64,000 nt of DNA from NCBI GenBank assembly GCA_964355085.1, contig CAYHBW010000002.1:6-64005 (forward strand). The letters run 5' to 3'. Within the stretch, counting starts at the first letter, position 1. Each line of letters opens with the position of its first letter. Of this stretch, positions 38,759 to 48,844 are shown one piece after another. This DNA is from an uncultured Candidatus Saccharibacteria bacterium (GTDB taxonomy: Bacteria > Patescibacteriota > Minisyncoccia > UBA6257 > 02-FULL-45-10c). The notes beneath the pieces were generated by a model that saw only the letters and a program-made list of their open reading frames with translations, did not search any database and was not told where the DNA came from. Both the position numbers and the translations under genes were made by a program.

Positions 38759-39145
38759 ATGATTAATAGGAGATTTATACTGAACTCAATCCTGTTGGTA
38801 GCGCTGGTAGCCGGTGGAGCTTATGTATTGATGCGCGGCGGGGACATGCCTGTTTCAGATTCAGGAAATGATGATGCTGTCGAGCTTGCGGCCGGAATTC
38901 CGGTTCCAGTGAAGATAGCTGATTTTTCTTACAGCCCGAAGGAACTTAAAATCCCTGTTGGGACGAAGGTCATCTGGAAGAATGAAGACAGTACAAAGCA
39001 TAATATTTTGGCGGATGACGGAGGATTCGGCAGTAAACTTTTAAGCAAAGGAGAAATTTTTGAATTTACTTTTGATAAAATCGGATCGTTCCCGTATCAT
39101 TGCGGACCCCATCCTTGGATGAAGGCGGCAGTCATCGTTGAGTAA
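38759..39145 (+). CDS. Blue copper protein (plastocyanin/amicyanin-like cupredoxin)
   Basis: HN ... C.PHPWM type-1 copper ligands; N-terminal TM. Confidence 0.9.
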   Translation: MINRRFILNSILLVALVAGGAYVLMRGGDMPVSDSGNDDAVELAAGIPVPVKIADFSYSPKELKIPVGTKVIWKNEDSTKHNILADDGGFGSKLLSKGEIFEFTFDKIGSFPYHCGPHPWMKAAVIVE

Positions 39146-39157
39146 ATTACATACAGG

Positions 39158-39397
39158 ATGCGCATTTCAATTCACGTCAAATTAAAGGCGAAAGAAGAGA
39201 AAGTCGATAAAATTATTCTTCAGAAATTGACAGGCGAAGAAATTCAATATCAGGTTTTTGTGAAGGAATTACCGGTTGACGGTAAGGCCAATGAAGCTGT
39301 CATTCGTGTTCTTGCGGATTATTTTAATGTTTCAAAATCCCAGGTGCGGATTGTCGTCGGAGGCACGTCCAGAGAAAAAATCGTGGAAATCAGGTAA
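39158..39397 (+). CDS. DUF167/YggU family protein
   Basis: PVDGKAN.A....LA.YF.V.KS.V.I..G..SR.K. Confidence 0.9.
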   Translation: MRISIHVKLKAKEEKVDKIILQKLTGEEIQYQVFVKELPVDGKANEAVIRVLADYFNVSKSQVRIVVGGTSREKIVEIR

Positions 39398-39407
39398 ATC
39401 CGCATAT

Positions 39408-39436
39408 TTGACATATATATTTGTATATTCTATAAT
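39408..39436 (+). promoter_or_regulatory. Consensus sigma70 promoter
   Basis: TTGACA-17 nt-TATAAT. Confidence 0.8.
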
Positions 39437-39539
39437 ATATTAAATCATCGGGAGCTATGAAGTTCCGTTGAATCGTACCTTGACCCTTATCTCGCGGGCA
39501 GCGAGAAGTCGTCCGACAATACAGTCGGAGGAGAAATCA

Positions 39540-40133
39540 ATGAAATACGGAGACCTGACGTTAGGACAGACGGAGGCGCTCGTGAACAAGCTTGGTGGAT
39601 TGGATGTTGTGAAAGGTATCCTTTCCGGCAAGTTGACGTTGACGGTGGCCAGGATGGCCCGCATTTCCGACCTCCTGTCTCCCGTCACTACCGTCAAGAT
39701 CCCCGCAACCGGAAAGTTCTTTGCGAGCGACCACTTCACCACGAACATCAAGGCGGTGAAGTTCGCCTGGTTCGGCGACAACTTCAAACAGCATTTCCTC
39801 CACAAAGAGGAAGCGCCGCAAGGAGAAGTCGAGCTCAAGGTGAGCCAGCTCAAAAAGGACTCCCTGGACAAGCCGATCCTCACCGAACTCGGGGACAAGG
39901 CCGAAACCAACCTCACCTCCATCTGGGAGCTCCTGGAAAAGCAACCTAATGGAGAGCAAGGAATACTCCTAACCAACGGATATGCGAACATCTTCTATGT
40001 CCGCGATTCCAAAGGAGTGCTCTGGGCGGTCGGCGTCTACTGGGACGGCGACGGTTGGGGCGTGGATGCCGACTCGGTCGAGATTCCGTTCGAGTGGTTC
40101 GTCGGCTTCCTGATCTTCTCCCGCAATTCTTAG
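39540..40133 (+). CDS. Hypothetical protein, candidate DGR target with a C-terminal variable-region-like tail
   Basis: GGAGGAG SD before ATG 39540; GC3-rich codons; C-terminus WAVGVYWDGDGWGVDADSVEIPFEWFVGFLIFSRNS. Confidence 0.75.
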   Translation: MKYGDLTLGQTEALVNKLGGLDVVKGILSGKLTLTVARMARISDLLSPVTTVKIPATGKFFASDHFTTNIKAVKFAWFGDNFKQHFLHKEEAPQGEVELKVSQLKKDSLDKPILTELGDKAETNLTSIWELLEKQPNGEQGILLTNGYANIFYVRDSKGVLWAVGVYWDGDGWGVDADSVEIPFEWFVGFLIFSRNS

Positions 40134-40171
40134 GATCCTTGGGCTCTTGGAGCCTTGGTTCCCTAAGTCAG

Positions 40172-40204
40172 ACCCCTGCACGAGCTTGCTCGTGCAGGGG
40201 TTTT
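40172..40204 (+). terminator. 14-bp hairpin (terminator or DGR-type hairpin)
   Basis: acccctgcacgagc-tt-gctcgtgcaggggt followed by ttt. Confidence 0.75.
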
Positions 40205-40244
40205 CTATTGTAAGAAAAATATTTTTGAGTTATAATATATAACA

Positions 40245-40649
40245 ATGAAGTCAATTCTCACTATTTTAATACTTGCAAGTTTTATTGGGATTGCGGTCTT
40301 CGGATTTGTCGGTATGACCAGCGCCCAGCATTTGCATGGAGGTTGTATCGCTTCTCTCGCTGATAAAGGGCTTTGTCCGTCCGGGGTGGTTCCGGTTTCA
40401 GCGGCTTTTTCACATCTTGAGGTCCTTAAGAGTTTCTCTCTCGCATTTTTGACCGGTTTTGCATCTTTGGTTTCATTGATCGCTTTGGCTTTCGCGGTCT
40501 CCGGAAGAAATCCGGATATTCCAGAGGCCGTTTTCCGTCCGGTTTCCGCGCTTGGCGATCTTTTCAAGGACTCCAATAATTCTTTGGCGCATAATTTTGA
40601 ATGGCTGGCCATTCATTTCAACAGTCCGAGCTTTGTTTTAAGCGCATAA
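40245..40649 (+). CDS. Hypothetical membrane protein leading the copper cluster
   Basis: TM, H..GC.....CP, H, second TM, C-terminal W...H.NSPS. Confidence 0.6.
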   Translation: MKSILTILILASFIGIAVFGFVGMTSAQHLHGGCIASLADKGLCPSGVVPVSAAFSHLEVLKSFSLAFLTGFASLVSLIALAFAVSGRNPDIPEAVFRPVSALGDLFKDSNNSLAHNFEWLAIHFNSPSFVLSA

Positions 40650-40733
40650 ATTCTCCGCTTGCGGTTTATTTATGCGTTCTCAAATCCCACAAGGGATTTT
40701 TTGTTTTTAAGATTACCCAATAAAAAATAAATT

Positions 40734-41756
40734 ATGAAACAGGATTACATATTCCATATTCAAGGGATGCATTGTTCTTCATGTGTCTTATTGATTGAAG
40801 ATGCGTTAAGATCGCTGCCGGGCGTCAGCATGGCCAAGGTATCACTTACGGATTCCAAGTTGGAAATTTCCGGAGATTTCTCCGGCTCTCCGGAAGATAT
40901 TGCGGAAGAACTTAGCAGGCCGTTAAAAAATCATGGTTACCTGATACTGTCGGAAAAAATCAGAAAAGGCGCAGAATGGGGAGATTTTATTTACGCCGTT
41001 CCGATTGCCTCGACTCTTGTTCTCGGTTTTTTGGCGCTTCAAAAATCTGGAATTGCCGGCTTGATTGATGTTTCCGGCGCGGATTATTGGACAGCATTTC
41101 TTATCGGTCTAGTCGCTTCGGTCTCCACGTGTCTTGCTGTGGTGGGTGGATTAGTTTTGTCTCTTTCGGCCAGTTCTGCAAAAGAAAACGGCACTTGGCG
41201 GACGCAAACTCTTTTTCACTTAGGAAGGTTAGGCGGTTTTTTCGTTCTCGGTGGCGCAATCGGTTTTCTTGGAAAATCTTTTCAGCTAGGAATCGTAGGC
41301 AGCGGAATACTTGGCATTCTTGTCGCCCTGGTGATGCTGGTTCTTGGCGTGAATTTGCTTGATGTCTTTCATTTTACGAAAAGATTTCAATTTACGCTTC
41401 CGGCAGGACTGATGAAATATTTCAAGAAGATGAATTTCGGACATGATCATCGGCTATTGCCGCTGTTTGTCGGTATCGGAACCTTTTTTCTGCCATGCGG
41501 GTTCACTCAATCCATGCAGATTTATGCGCTCACTACCGGCAGTTTTCTTGGAGGAGCTCTGACGATGACCGCTTTTGCGGCAGGAACTTTTCCAGCGCTC
41601 GCTCTTCTTTCGTTCGGCGCGCTGAATATTTCGCATAAGCCATGGAAGGGGCTGTTCTTTAAGGTGACTGGATTGATTGTGATTGCGCTTGCGTTGTTTA
41701 ATCTCCTGAATGCGATAGTCGTTGCCGGAATTATTGATCCGCTCTTTAATTTATGA
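40734..41756 (+). CDS. Heavy-metal-associated domain plus DsbD_2/TauE-like membrane protein
   Basis: GMHCSSC, STCLAVVGG, FHLGRL and FLPCGFTQ. Confidence 0.88.
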   Translation: MKQDYIFHIQGMHCSSCVLLIEDALRSLPGVSMAKVSLTDSKLEISGDFSGSPEDIAEELSRPLKNHGYLILSEKIRKGAEWGDFIYAVPIASTLVLGFLALQKSGIAGLIDVSGADYWTAFLIGLVASVSTCLAVVGGLVLSLSASSAKENGTWRTQTLFHLGRLGGFFVLGGAIGFLGKSFQLGIVGSGILGILVALVMLVLGVNLLDVFHFTKRFQFTLPAGLMKYFKKMNFGHDHRLLPLFVGIGTFFLPCGFTQSMQIYALTTGSFLGGALTMTAFAAGTFPALALLSFGALNISHKPWKGLFFKVTGLIVIALALFNLLNAIVVAGIIDPLFNL

Positions 41757-42166
41757 AATCCCTAAATATTCAAATCATGATTTCCATCGCGCTAAGCGCT
41801 CTTATCATCTGGTCGGCAATCTGGTTTGTTTCAGATAAGTCCGGCGCAGATATCGGTCCGGCAGACGAACCGCCGGTTTCTTTTTCCGATGGCAGGCAGA
41901 TTATCGCTATTTTTGCCAAAGGCGGATATTCGCCGCGGATTGTCGAGGCGAAAGCCGGGGTACCGACTGTTTTGCGGATAAAAACCGACGGCACTTTCGA
42001 TTGCTCCGCAAGCTTGGTCATTCCTGCTCTTTCATACCGTAATTTTCTTCCGTCATCCGGGATTGTTGAAATCGCGATTCCTGCGGATCTGGCAGGCGGC
42101 GAGATGCGGGGATTCTGTTCGATGGGAATGTACGGCTTCCGGATAAATTTCAAGCGGCTTTTGTGA
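41753..42166 (+). CDS. Cupredoxin-domain protein
   Basis: GGYSP, DC and CSMGMY motifs. Confidence 0.85.
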   Translation: MKSLNIQIMISIALSALIIWSAIWFVSDKSGADIGPADEPPVSFSDGRQIIAIFAKGGYSPRIVEAKAGVPTVLRIKTDGTFDCSASLVIPALSYRNFLPSSGIVEIAIPADLAGGEMRGFCSMGMYGFRINFKRLL

Positions 42167-42176
42167 GGTATAATTA

Positions 42177-44480
42177 ATGCATACTGATATGAACCATAAA
42201 AAAACTTTCATAGTGCGCGGGATGGATTGCGCCTCCTGCGCGCTGACTATTGAAAAGGCGCTCAAAGAGATGCCGGATCTGCTGTCCGCGAATGTGAATT
42301 ACGCGACGGAAAAAGCGGTTATCCAAAGCAATCAACCGATTGATTCTTCGAAAATATCTAATTTTGTTAAGGATAAGACCGGTTATGAATTAGTTGAGGA
42401 GATGGGCAGGCAGGAACATGCTGGTCACGATATGTCCGGAATGAAAGGCGGGGATATGGAGGGCCATGATCACGCCAAGATGCTGAAAGAAGAGGAGATC
42501 CGGAAGCTTTGGAATAAATTTTTGTTCGGCGCGGTTTCTTCCGCATTGATAATGGCGCTCGGTTTTTCCGAATTTCTTCCCGGATTGGGCGGATTATTCG
42601 ACCGCTCTACGCTGTTCCTGCTGATGTTCATTCTTGCGACCCCGGTTGAATTCTGGGTCGGAAAACAGTTTTGGACAAGTTCTTGGGCGTCTTTGAAGAG
42701 ATTTAATGTGAGTATGGATACCTTGGTCTCTCTTGGAACAGGCGTGGCTTATTTTTCTGGCCTGGCCGTGACTTTCATGGAAATTTCCCGGATTCCGGCT
42801 GCAGTTACGCTCGATGTCTATTTCGATGTTTCAGCGGTCGTGATAACATTGGTAATTCTCGGGAAATATTTAGAGGCGAAAGCCAAGGGTTCCGCTTCCG
42901 AAGCGATCAAAAAACTTCTGAAGCTTCAGGCGAAAACCGCGCATTTTTTGGACGAAGGAAAGCACGAGACGGATGTTCCGGTTGATCGGATAAAAACCGG
43001 AGATCTGATGAGGGTGAAGCCAGGAGAGAAGATTCCGGTGGACGGAACAATTGTGGACGGATATGCGGTTATTGATGAATCGATGGTCACCGGCGAATCA
43101 TTGCCGGTTGATAAGAAAGAAGGAGATGCGCTTATCGGCGCTACGATAAATAAGAATACCAGCTTCATCATGCGGGCTACCAAGGTAGGGAAAGATTCAT
43201 TTCTTGCCCAGATTGTCGCTATGATTGAATCCGCGCAAGCCAGCCGGGCGCCTATCCAGAAAATGGCCGACTTTGTGATTTCCTATTTTGTCCCGATAGT
43301 CCTGGGAATATCCGCGGCTACTTTCCTTTTCTGGTTTTTCTGGGCTCCATACGGTTACGGATTTTCATTTGCGATGATAAACGCCATAGCGGTTCTGGTC
43401 GTGGCGTGCCCTTGCGCAATGGGTCTTGCAACGCCGACTTCCATAATGGTCGGCACAGGCAAGGCGGCGGAGCATGGAGTGATCATTAGGGATGCGGAAG
43501 CGCTGGAGGTGGCCGGTAAGATCGGCGCCGTGGTTCTGGATAAAACCGGGACCATAACAAAGGGCGAGCCGTCAGTTACAGACGTGATTTCTTTCGGAGG
43601 AATCGATGAATCCGAAGTCATCCGATGCGCGGCATCTCTGGAAAAACTTTCCGAGCATCCGATTGCCAGATCGATCGCGGGATATTTCAAGCCGGAAGAA
43701 GATCTTCTCAAGGTCAGGAACTTCAGCGCGGTGCCAGGATTCGGGATTGAAGGCGACCTGATTTTGAAATCCGGACCGAAAAGATATTTTCTCGGGAACG
43801 CATCATTGATGAGGGAAAAGGGCGTAGATATCAGATTCGCGCTTTTGCAGTCGGAAAAATTGGAGCGCGACGGCAAAACCTCTCTTTTTCTGTCAGACGG
43901 AAAAAATCTTATCGGTCTGATTGCCGTGGCGGACACAGTTAAGCCGACTGCAGCCGAAGCTGTCAGAAAGCTGAAAGAGCTCGGATTGGAAATCTGGATG
44001 ATAACCGGTGATAATGAGCGGACCGCCGATGCGATCGCCAAGGCGGTCGGAATCGGGAAAGTCATGGCGCGGGTTCTTCCGCAGGATAAGGCCGGCAAGA
44101 TAAAATCCCTGCAGGATCAGGGTAAGTTGGTCGCCATGGTCGGCGACGGCATAAATGACGCTCCGGCCCTTACGCAGGCGGATGTTGGCATCGCGATAGG
44201 GACGGGAACTGATATCGCAATCGAGTCCGCAGATATCACTCTGGTTTCCGGCGATCCGATAGGTATTGTGAATGCGATATTTGTCAGCCGCAAAACCCTG
44301 ATCAATATCAAGCAGAATCTTTTCTGGGCTTTCATCTATAACATCGTCCTGATTCCGGTCGCGGCCGGAGTTCTCTGGCCGAAATACGGAATTCTTCTTA
44401 ATCCCATGCTGGCGGGCGGAGCGATGGCTTTCAGTTCGCTGTCGGTCGTGCTGAACTCATTAAGATTAAAAAAGGTATAA
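42177..44480 (+). CDS. copA: Copper-translocating P1B-type ATPase
   Basis: GMDCASC, TGES, CPC, DKTGT, SEHP, GDGIND, YN and MAFSS; alternative start 42189. Confidence 0.95.
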   Translation: MHTDMNHKKTFIVRGMDCASCALTIEKALKEMPDLLSANVNYATEKAVIQSNQPIDSSKISNFVKDKTGYELVEEMGRQEHAGHDMSGMKGGDMEGHDHAKMLKEEEIRKLWNKFLFGAVSSALIMALGFSEFLPGLGGLFDRSTLFLLMFILATPVEFWVGKQFWTSSWASLKRFNVSMDTLVSLGTGVAYFSGLAVTFMEISRIPAAVTLDVYFDVSAVVITLVILGKYLEAKAKGSASEAIKKLLKLQAKTAHFLDEGKHETDVPVDRIKTGDLMRVKPGEKIPVDGTIVDGYAVIDESMVTGESLPVDKKEGDALIGATINKNTSFIMRATKVGKDSFLAQIVAMIESAQASRAPIQKMADFVISYFVPIVLGISAATFLFWFFWAPYGYGFSFAMINAIAVLVVACPCAMGLATPTSIMVGTGKAAEHGVIIRDAEALEVAGKIGAVVLDKTGTITKGEPSVTDVISFGGIDESEVIRCAASLEKLSEHPIARSIAGYFKPEEDLLKVRNFSAVPGFGIEGDLILKSGPKRYFLGNASLMREKGVDIRFALLQSEKLERDGKTSLFLSDGKNLIGLIAVADTVKPTAAEAVRKLKELGLEIWMITGDNERTADAIAKAVGIGKVMARVLPQDKAGKIKSLQDQGKLVAMVGDGINDAPALTQADVGIAIGTGTDIAIESADITLVSGDPIGIVNAIFVSRKTLINIKQNLFWAFIYNIVLIPVAAGVLWPKYGILLNPMLAGGAMAFSSLSVVLNSLRLKKV

Positions 44481-44483
44481 TAT

Positions 44484-44930
44484 ATGGAGAACGATAAATT
44501 GGAAAAATTGAATTGGGCTTTCATCGCCATCAGCTTTTCCGGATTTCTTGACGCGCTCTATCTGTCCATCCAGAGGTTCAAGGGAATTCCGATAATCTGC
44601 ACCATACTTGAGGGCTGCAACAAGGTCGCGACCAGCATTTATGCGGAAATCATGAATATCCCGGTGGCTTATCTCGGGGTGCTCTATTATTTCCTGATCT
44701 TCCTGCTGGCAATCTGGTTCTTGACTTCAAAAAACCGGAATACGGTATACGTGATTTCCGCTTTCACAATCGTCGGATTCATTTTTTCGGTTTGGTTCGT
44801 CTATCTGCAGATTTTCGTCATCAAGGCCATCTGCTTTTACTGCATGATTTCCGCACTGACCTCGACACTGCTGTTCATTCTGGGAAGTTATTATCTCATA
44901 TCTCATCATAAGAAAGGTCGCCAATTATAA
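44484..44930 (+). CDS. Vitamin K epoxide reductase family protein
   Basis: C.....C..V..S.Y and C.YC motifs in a 4-TM protein. Confidence 0.92.
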   Translation: MENDKLEKLNWAFIAISFSGFLDALYLSIQRFKGIPIICTILEGCNKVATSIYAEIMNIPVAYLGVLYYFLIFLLAIWFLTSKNRNTVYVISAFTIVGFIFSVWFVYLQIFVIKAICFYCMISALTSTLLFILGSYYLISHHKKGRQL

Positions 44931-44948
44931 TTTATCATTATAAAAAGC

Positions 44949-45329
44949 ATGAATTTAAAATTAATAGAATGGGTTTTGAGAGTGGGTGTGGCCGGTGAAT
45001 TCCTTGGTCACGGAGTATTCGCTTTGCAGGGGAAGAAAGATTGGGTGGGATGGTTCGCCAATTTCGGAATTTCCGATACGGGAACCGCCGTGAATATTCT
45101 GTTTTGGCTTGGCGTACTGGATATTCTTCTGGCGATCCTGGTGTTGGTCAAGCCGATGCGCTTGCCGCTTCTTTGGATGGTTTTTTGGGGATTCTGGACG
45201 GCGCTTTTGCGTCCGCTGGTCGGAATGCCGGTCTGGGATTTTGTGGAAAGATGGGCGAATTGGAGCGCTCCTTTGGCTCTGTTGCTCATTATCGGCTGGC
45301 CGAGAGAATGGCGTGATTGGCTTAAATAA
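44949..45329 (+). CDS. DoxX-like membrane protein
   Basis: LR.G....F.GHG ... DFVER..N...PLALL. Confidence 0.7.
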   Translation: MNLKLIEWVLRVGVAGEFLGHGVFALQGKKDWVGWFANFGISDTGTAVNILFWLGVLDILLAILVLVKPMRLPLLWMVFWGFWTALLRPLVGMPVWDFVERWANWSAPLALLLIIGWPREWRDWLK

Positions 45330-45345
45330 ATACAAAAGACCCGAT

Positions 45346-46971
45346 ATGAAAAATATTTTATTGAACTTATTGAGCTGGACGCTGATAATCCTTAGTCCCG
45401 TTCTGATATTCGCAGTTTTCGGATATTTGGCTATTAATTTTGATGTCTGGCCGCCGAGTTGTGATATCCTTCCGATCCGGGAGGCGAGACGAGTATGTGA
45501 ATTTTCAAAATTGGAAAAAGCCCCGGCTGGTCAGCCGGCTGAAGTCAATTTCTGGGTTACGATTCCATATGATGCTCCGGCCGGCAGATTGCTGATAAGT
45601 ATAGATGGAAATGATCCTATGGAAATGGAAAAAATAAATAATCTAAGTTTCCGAAAATCAGTGAGCGTTGTTACCGGAGATGTTCTTACGTACAGATATC
45701 TCCGAAATAGCGATAAATCTTCTTCAGATGAAAAGAATCTTCCGGTCAGGTCGTATAAAAAAGACGTATATGATTACGTTTCGAAGTGGAGCGATTCTCC
45801 GGCATTCGGCCAAATCGGAAGCTATATTTCGCCGTTGATCACAATGGAAGATACCTGGACCATTAACTACAATATGAATCTTTTTGAAGATACAAGACGG
45901 AACTTGGATAGCGCATTCGCCAGGGTTGCGAGTATCGGCGGAAAGGAGGCGATGGTTTTCAGCTTCATTGATTTTATCGGCGATAATAAAGAAAGCATAA
46001 AACTGGAAGAAACAGCTTCTCCGTATAAAAATTGGCGCGATGCCGCAATTACACCGTCGGAGATGAAGGATATAGCCCGCACTGCAAAGAAATATAATCT
46101 GAAACCGATTATCGCTTATAATGTCGGAGCGGATTATACCAAATACATTGATGTAAGTTTAATCGGAAGATTTACAGGCGGAGCGGCTGGCGGCGGCGCA
46201 GGCGGCAATGCGGCGGAACAGCGGGCGGGAGATGATTTCGGCAGAGACGATCCAAAAACAAAAGCTTGGCTTGATTCGGAATTCGCTCAGCTTCAGGATA
46301 TTCTGGTGAGTTGGGCTATTAGCGCTGAAAAGGCCGGTATTTACGCAATTAATATCACACCGGAATACCGCATGCCGACACCAAGGCCGTTTTATGATTA
46401 TGCAGATGCAAAATTCAGCGGAATCATCAAGGCGATGAGGGGCGTATATTCCGGTAAAATATATGCGAGTAATTTTAACAGTTACGGCGGGCTCCGCTTA
46501 AGTCCTCGTCCTAAATATATTGATGACGCTGATGCGCTTATTCTTCACCTCCCCTTATTGAATTTGCGCGAGGGGGCGAGCATCTCCGAAATGCGGGCAG
46601 CGTGGTCTGAAATTTTAGACAGAGCCGAGGCGGATTTTGCGGATTATAAAAAACCTATTTATTTGGTGGAAAATGTCGGAAGTTATAACGGAGCAAATAG
46701 CGGAAGGGGAGGAATGGAATGGGGTGATTTTATCGAAGTCGTTAATGCCGGCTATTCCCGTGATTGGCAGGGTCAAGCCGATGCCATTGAAGCGCTGTTT
46801 CAGGCGTTCGCCGGAAGAACCAGGTTTGCGGGAATAGGTCCCGGTTCAAAATTCGCCTGGGACGATCTCATGGCGCCGGATTATGCGAGTCCTAGGAACG
46901 ATCTGACTTCCAATATCCGCAGTAAACCGGCGGAAGCGGTTTGGAAAAAATGGATTTTGCCGTCCTATTAA
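45346..46971 (+). CDS. Membrane-anchored putative glycoside hydrolase-like (TIM-barrel) protein
   Basis: N-terminal TM; R.VYSGKI.....N, ENVGS, Q...IEA.F and KPAE.V features resembling clan GH-A (GH113-like). Confidence 0.5.
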   Translation: MKNILLNLLSWTLIILSPVLIFAVFGYLAINFDVWPPSCDILPIREARRVCEFSKLEKAPAGQPAEVNFWVTIPYDAPAGRLLISIDGNDPMEMEKINNLSFRKSVSVVTGDVLTYRYLRNSDKSSSDEKNLPVRSYKKDVYDYVSKWSDSPAFGQIGSYISPLITMEDTWTINYNMNLFEDTRRNLDSAFARVASIGGKEAMVFSFIDFIGDNKESIKLEETASPYKNWRDAAITPSEMKDIARTAKKYNLKPIIAYNVGADYTKYIDVSLIGRFTGGAAGGGAGGNAAEQRAGDDFGRDDPKTKAWLDSEFAQLQDILVSWAISAEKAGIYAINITPEYRMPTPRPFYDYADAKFSGIIKAMRGVYSGKIYASNFNSYGGLRLSPRPKYIDDADALILHLPLLNLREGASISEMRAAWSEILDRAEADFADYKKPIYLVENVGSYNGANSGRGGMEWGDFIEVVNAGYSRDWQGQADAIEALFQAFAGRTRFAGIGPGSKFAWDDLMAPDYASPRNDLTSNIRSKPAEAVWKKWILPSY

Positions 46972-46975
46972 CGTA

Positions 46976-47010
46976 TAAAAACCGCCCCGATAGAGTCGGG
47001 GCGGTTTTTA
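46976..47010. terminator. Bidirectional terminator
   Basis: taaaaaccgccccga-tagag-tcggggcggttttta between convergent genes. Confidence 0.8.
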
Positions 47011-47020
47011 TTATCTGTCA

Positions 47021-47221
47021 TTACTGCATCGGCGGTTTTTGCGACTGATCATCACCCATCCAAGCATTCACTTTTTCCCAGAACATCATTGCCAATCCGG
47101 CAAGGACTATCAGGGACATGCTCAATGGCGCGACTAATCCGTAGCCGCTTTGCGCTGCGCCGCCCATCATTATCAAACCGAACAGGGCGACTATAACTCC
47201 CAAAACTTTTCTTTTTTTCAT
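47021..47221 (-). CDS. Small two-TM protein
   Basis: 66 aa with two hydrophobic helices; TATAAT upstream on the minus strand. Confidence 0.65.
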   Translation of the reverse strand: MKKRKVLGVIVALFGLIMMGGAAQSGYGLVAPLSMSLIVLAGLAMMFWEKVNAWMGDDQSQKPPMQ

Positions 47222-47323
47222 ATATATTTGAGATTTAATTCGACCATCTCAATTATACCATTTTTTGGTATAATAATTGATATAGGATTTAAAGGGCGCA
47301 TTATATAATTGTTTATAATTTAC

Positions 47324-47797
47324 ATGCAAAAATATCAAAATTTATCTTTGTTTCTGCTTAGGGTGTCTATGGGTTGGATGTATTTCTATGCCGGAATCAC
47401 GAAGGTGATCGATCCGGCCTGGACTGCCGAGGGCTATATTAAGGGGGCGAAAAATTTCACCTGGTTCTTCCAGTGGCTTCTCAATCCGGAAATACTTCCG
47501 GTGGTGAATTTCATGAATGAGTGGGGACTGACACTTCTTGGCGTTTCCCTCATTTTGGGAATCGGCGTCCGTCTTTCTTCAATTCTCGGTGCGGTGCTCA
47601 TGATGATGTATTATGTCGCATTGCCGTTTCCGTATCCGAACACTCATTCTCTGATAGTTGATGAGCATATAATTTATACGGCAGCTCTCCTGTTTTTCGC
47701 CGCAGTAAGAGCCGGCAGAACAGGTGGTTTGGAGGAATGGTGCTCGAATCTTCCGATTTGCGCCAAATATCCTAAATTGCGGGAGTGGCTTGGTTAA
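47324..47797 (+). CDS. DoxX/DoxD family membrane protein
   Basis: LLRVSMGW.YFYAG..K ... G.SLILG..VR ... IVDEH. Confidence 0.85.
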   Translation: MQKYQNLSLFLLRVSMGWMYFYAGITKVIDPAWTAEGYIKGAKNFTWFFQWLLNPEILPVVNFMNEWGLTLLGVSLILGIGVRLSSILGAVLMMMYYVALPFPYPNTHSLIVDEHIIYTAALLFFAAVRAGRTGGLEEWCSNLPICAKYPKLREWLG

Positions 47798-47835
47798 GGT
47801 ATAATTAGCATATTATTAAAAGTAAAAATAAATTT

Positions 47836-47979
47836 ATGTGGAATTACATGATGGGTGGGTGGGGAGGAGGATATGGCTACAGTTGCGGAGGCGGATTCAT
47901 GGGAATAACTATGCTTCTTGTCTGGGCTGTCCTGCTTTTATTGGCTGTCCTGCTCTGGAAAAAAATAAACAATAAATAA
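47836..47979 (+). CDS. Small Met/Gly-rich single-TM protein (47 aa, not in ORF track)
   Basis: MWNYMMGGWGGGYGYSCGGGFMGITMLLVWAVLLLLAVLLWKKINNK* fills the gap before the next ATG. Confidence 0.7.
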   Translation: MWNYMMGGWGGGYGYSCGGGFMGITMLLVWAVLLLLAVLLWKKINNK

Positions 47980-47982
47980 TTC

Positions 47983-48780
47983 ATGGATATGGATCTGAAA
48001 ATAAAGAATTATCTGGGCATGGCCGGAGTCGCGCTTATGGCGGCTTTATCCTTATCCGCGCTTTGGTATGTCAATTCGTATTCTCGTTCCATTGAGCCTG
48101 GTACCTATCGCAGCTTCTCGGTCAGCGGCGAAGGCAAGGTAGTGGCAATTCCTGACGTCGCCGAATTTTCCTTCAGCGTCCTGACTCAAGGAGGGAAAGA
48201 TTTGGGCGCGCTACAGACTGAAAATACGGTCAAAGTCAATCGTGCGATCGGAGTCGTCAAAGGCGCCGGCGTAAATGATGAGGATATCAAGACCGAGCAG
48301 TACAGCGTCGCACCAATATACAAATATTTAGATAGCCGGCCCGATTATTATTCTCCGGAGGCAAAGTCTTGCCCGCCTCCTGAAATAGTCGGTTATACGG
48401 TTCAGCAGACTATCGGAGTGAAGGTGAGGGATTTTTCCAAAGTCGGAGAGCTTTTGACACAGGTTGTTGTCAGCGGAGCGAATTCCGTTTCCCAGCTGAA
48501 CTTTACCATGGATGATCCGACTGAACTCCAGAATCAGGCGCGCGCGGAAGCAATCGCCAAAGCCAAGGCCAAGGCGAAATCAATCGCAAAGGCGGGACGT
48601 TTTGATGTCGGAAGACTGCTTTCCATAGATGAAGGCGGTTACGCTCCGATGTACGCCAAGTATTCCGCTTATGGGATAGGCGGAGATATGGTTGCGGAGA
48701 GCGGTCCGGCCCCTTCAATACAGCCGGGATCCCAGGAAATCACCGTCAATGTCACTCTTCGATACGAAATTGAAGATTAA
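47983..48780 (+). CDS. SIMPL (DUF541) domain protein
   Basis: VSGEGKV...PD.A, I.T..Y, A...A..KA..IA and I.PG..EI.V.V...Y. Confidence 0.92.
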   Translation: MDMDLKIKNYLGMAGVALMAALSLSALWYVNSYSRSIEPGTYRSFSVSGEGKVVAIPDVAEFSFSVLTQGGKDLGALQTENTVKVNRAIGVVKGAGVNDEDIKTEQYSVAPIYKYLDSRPDYYSPEAKSCPPPEIVGYTVQQTIGVKVRDFSKVGELLTQVVVSGANSVSQLNFTMDDPTELQNQARAEAIAKAKAKAKSIAKAGRFDVGRLLSIDEGGYAPMYAKYSAYGIGGDMVAESGPAPSIQPGSQEITVNVTLRYEIED

Positions 48781-48844
48781 TTCATAGAGACAACGGGAAA
48801 TCGGCCTCCTATCCAGGAGGCCGATTTTTGTTTAGAATATATTG

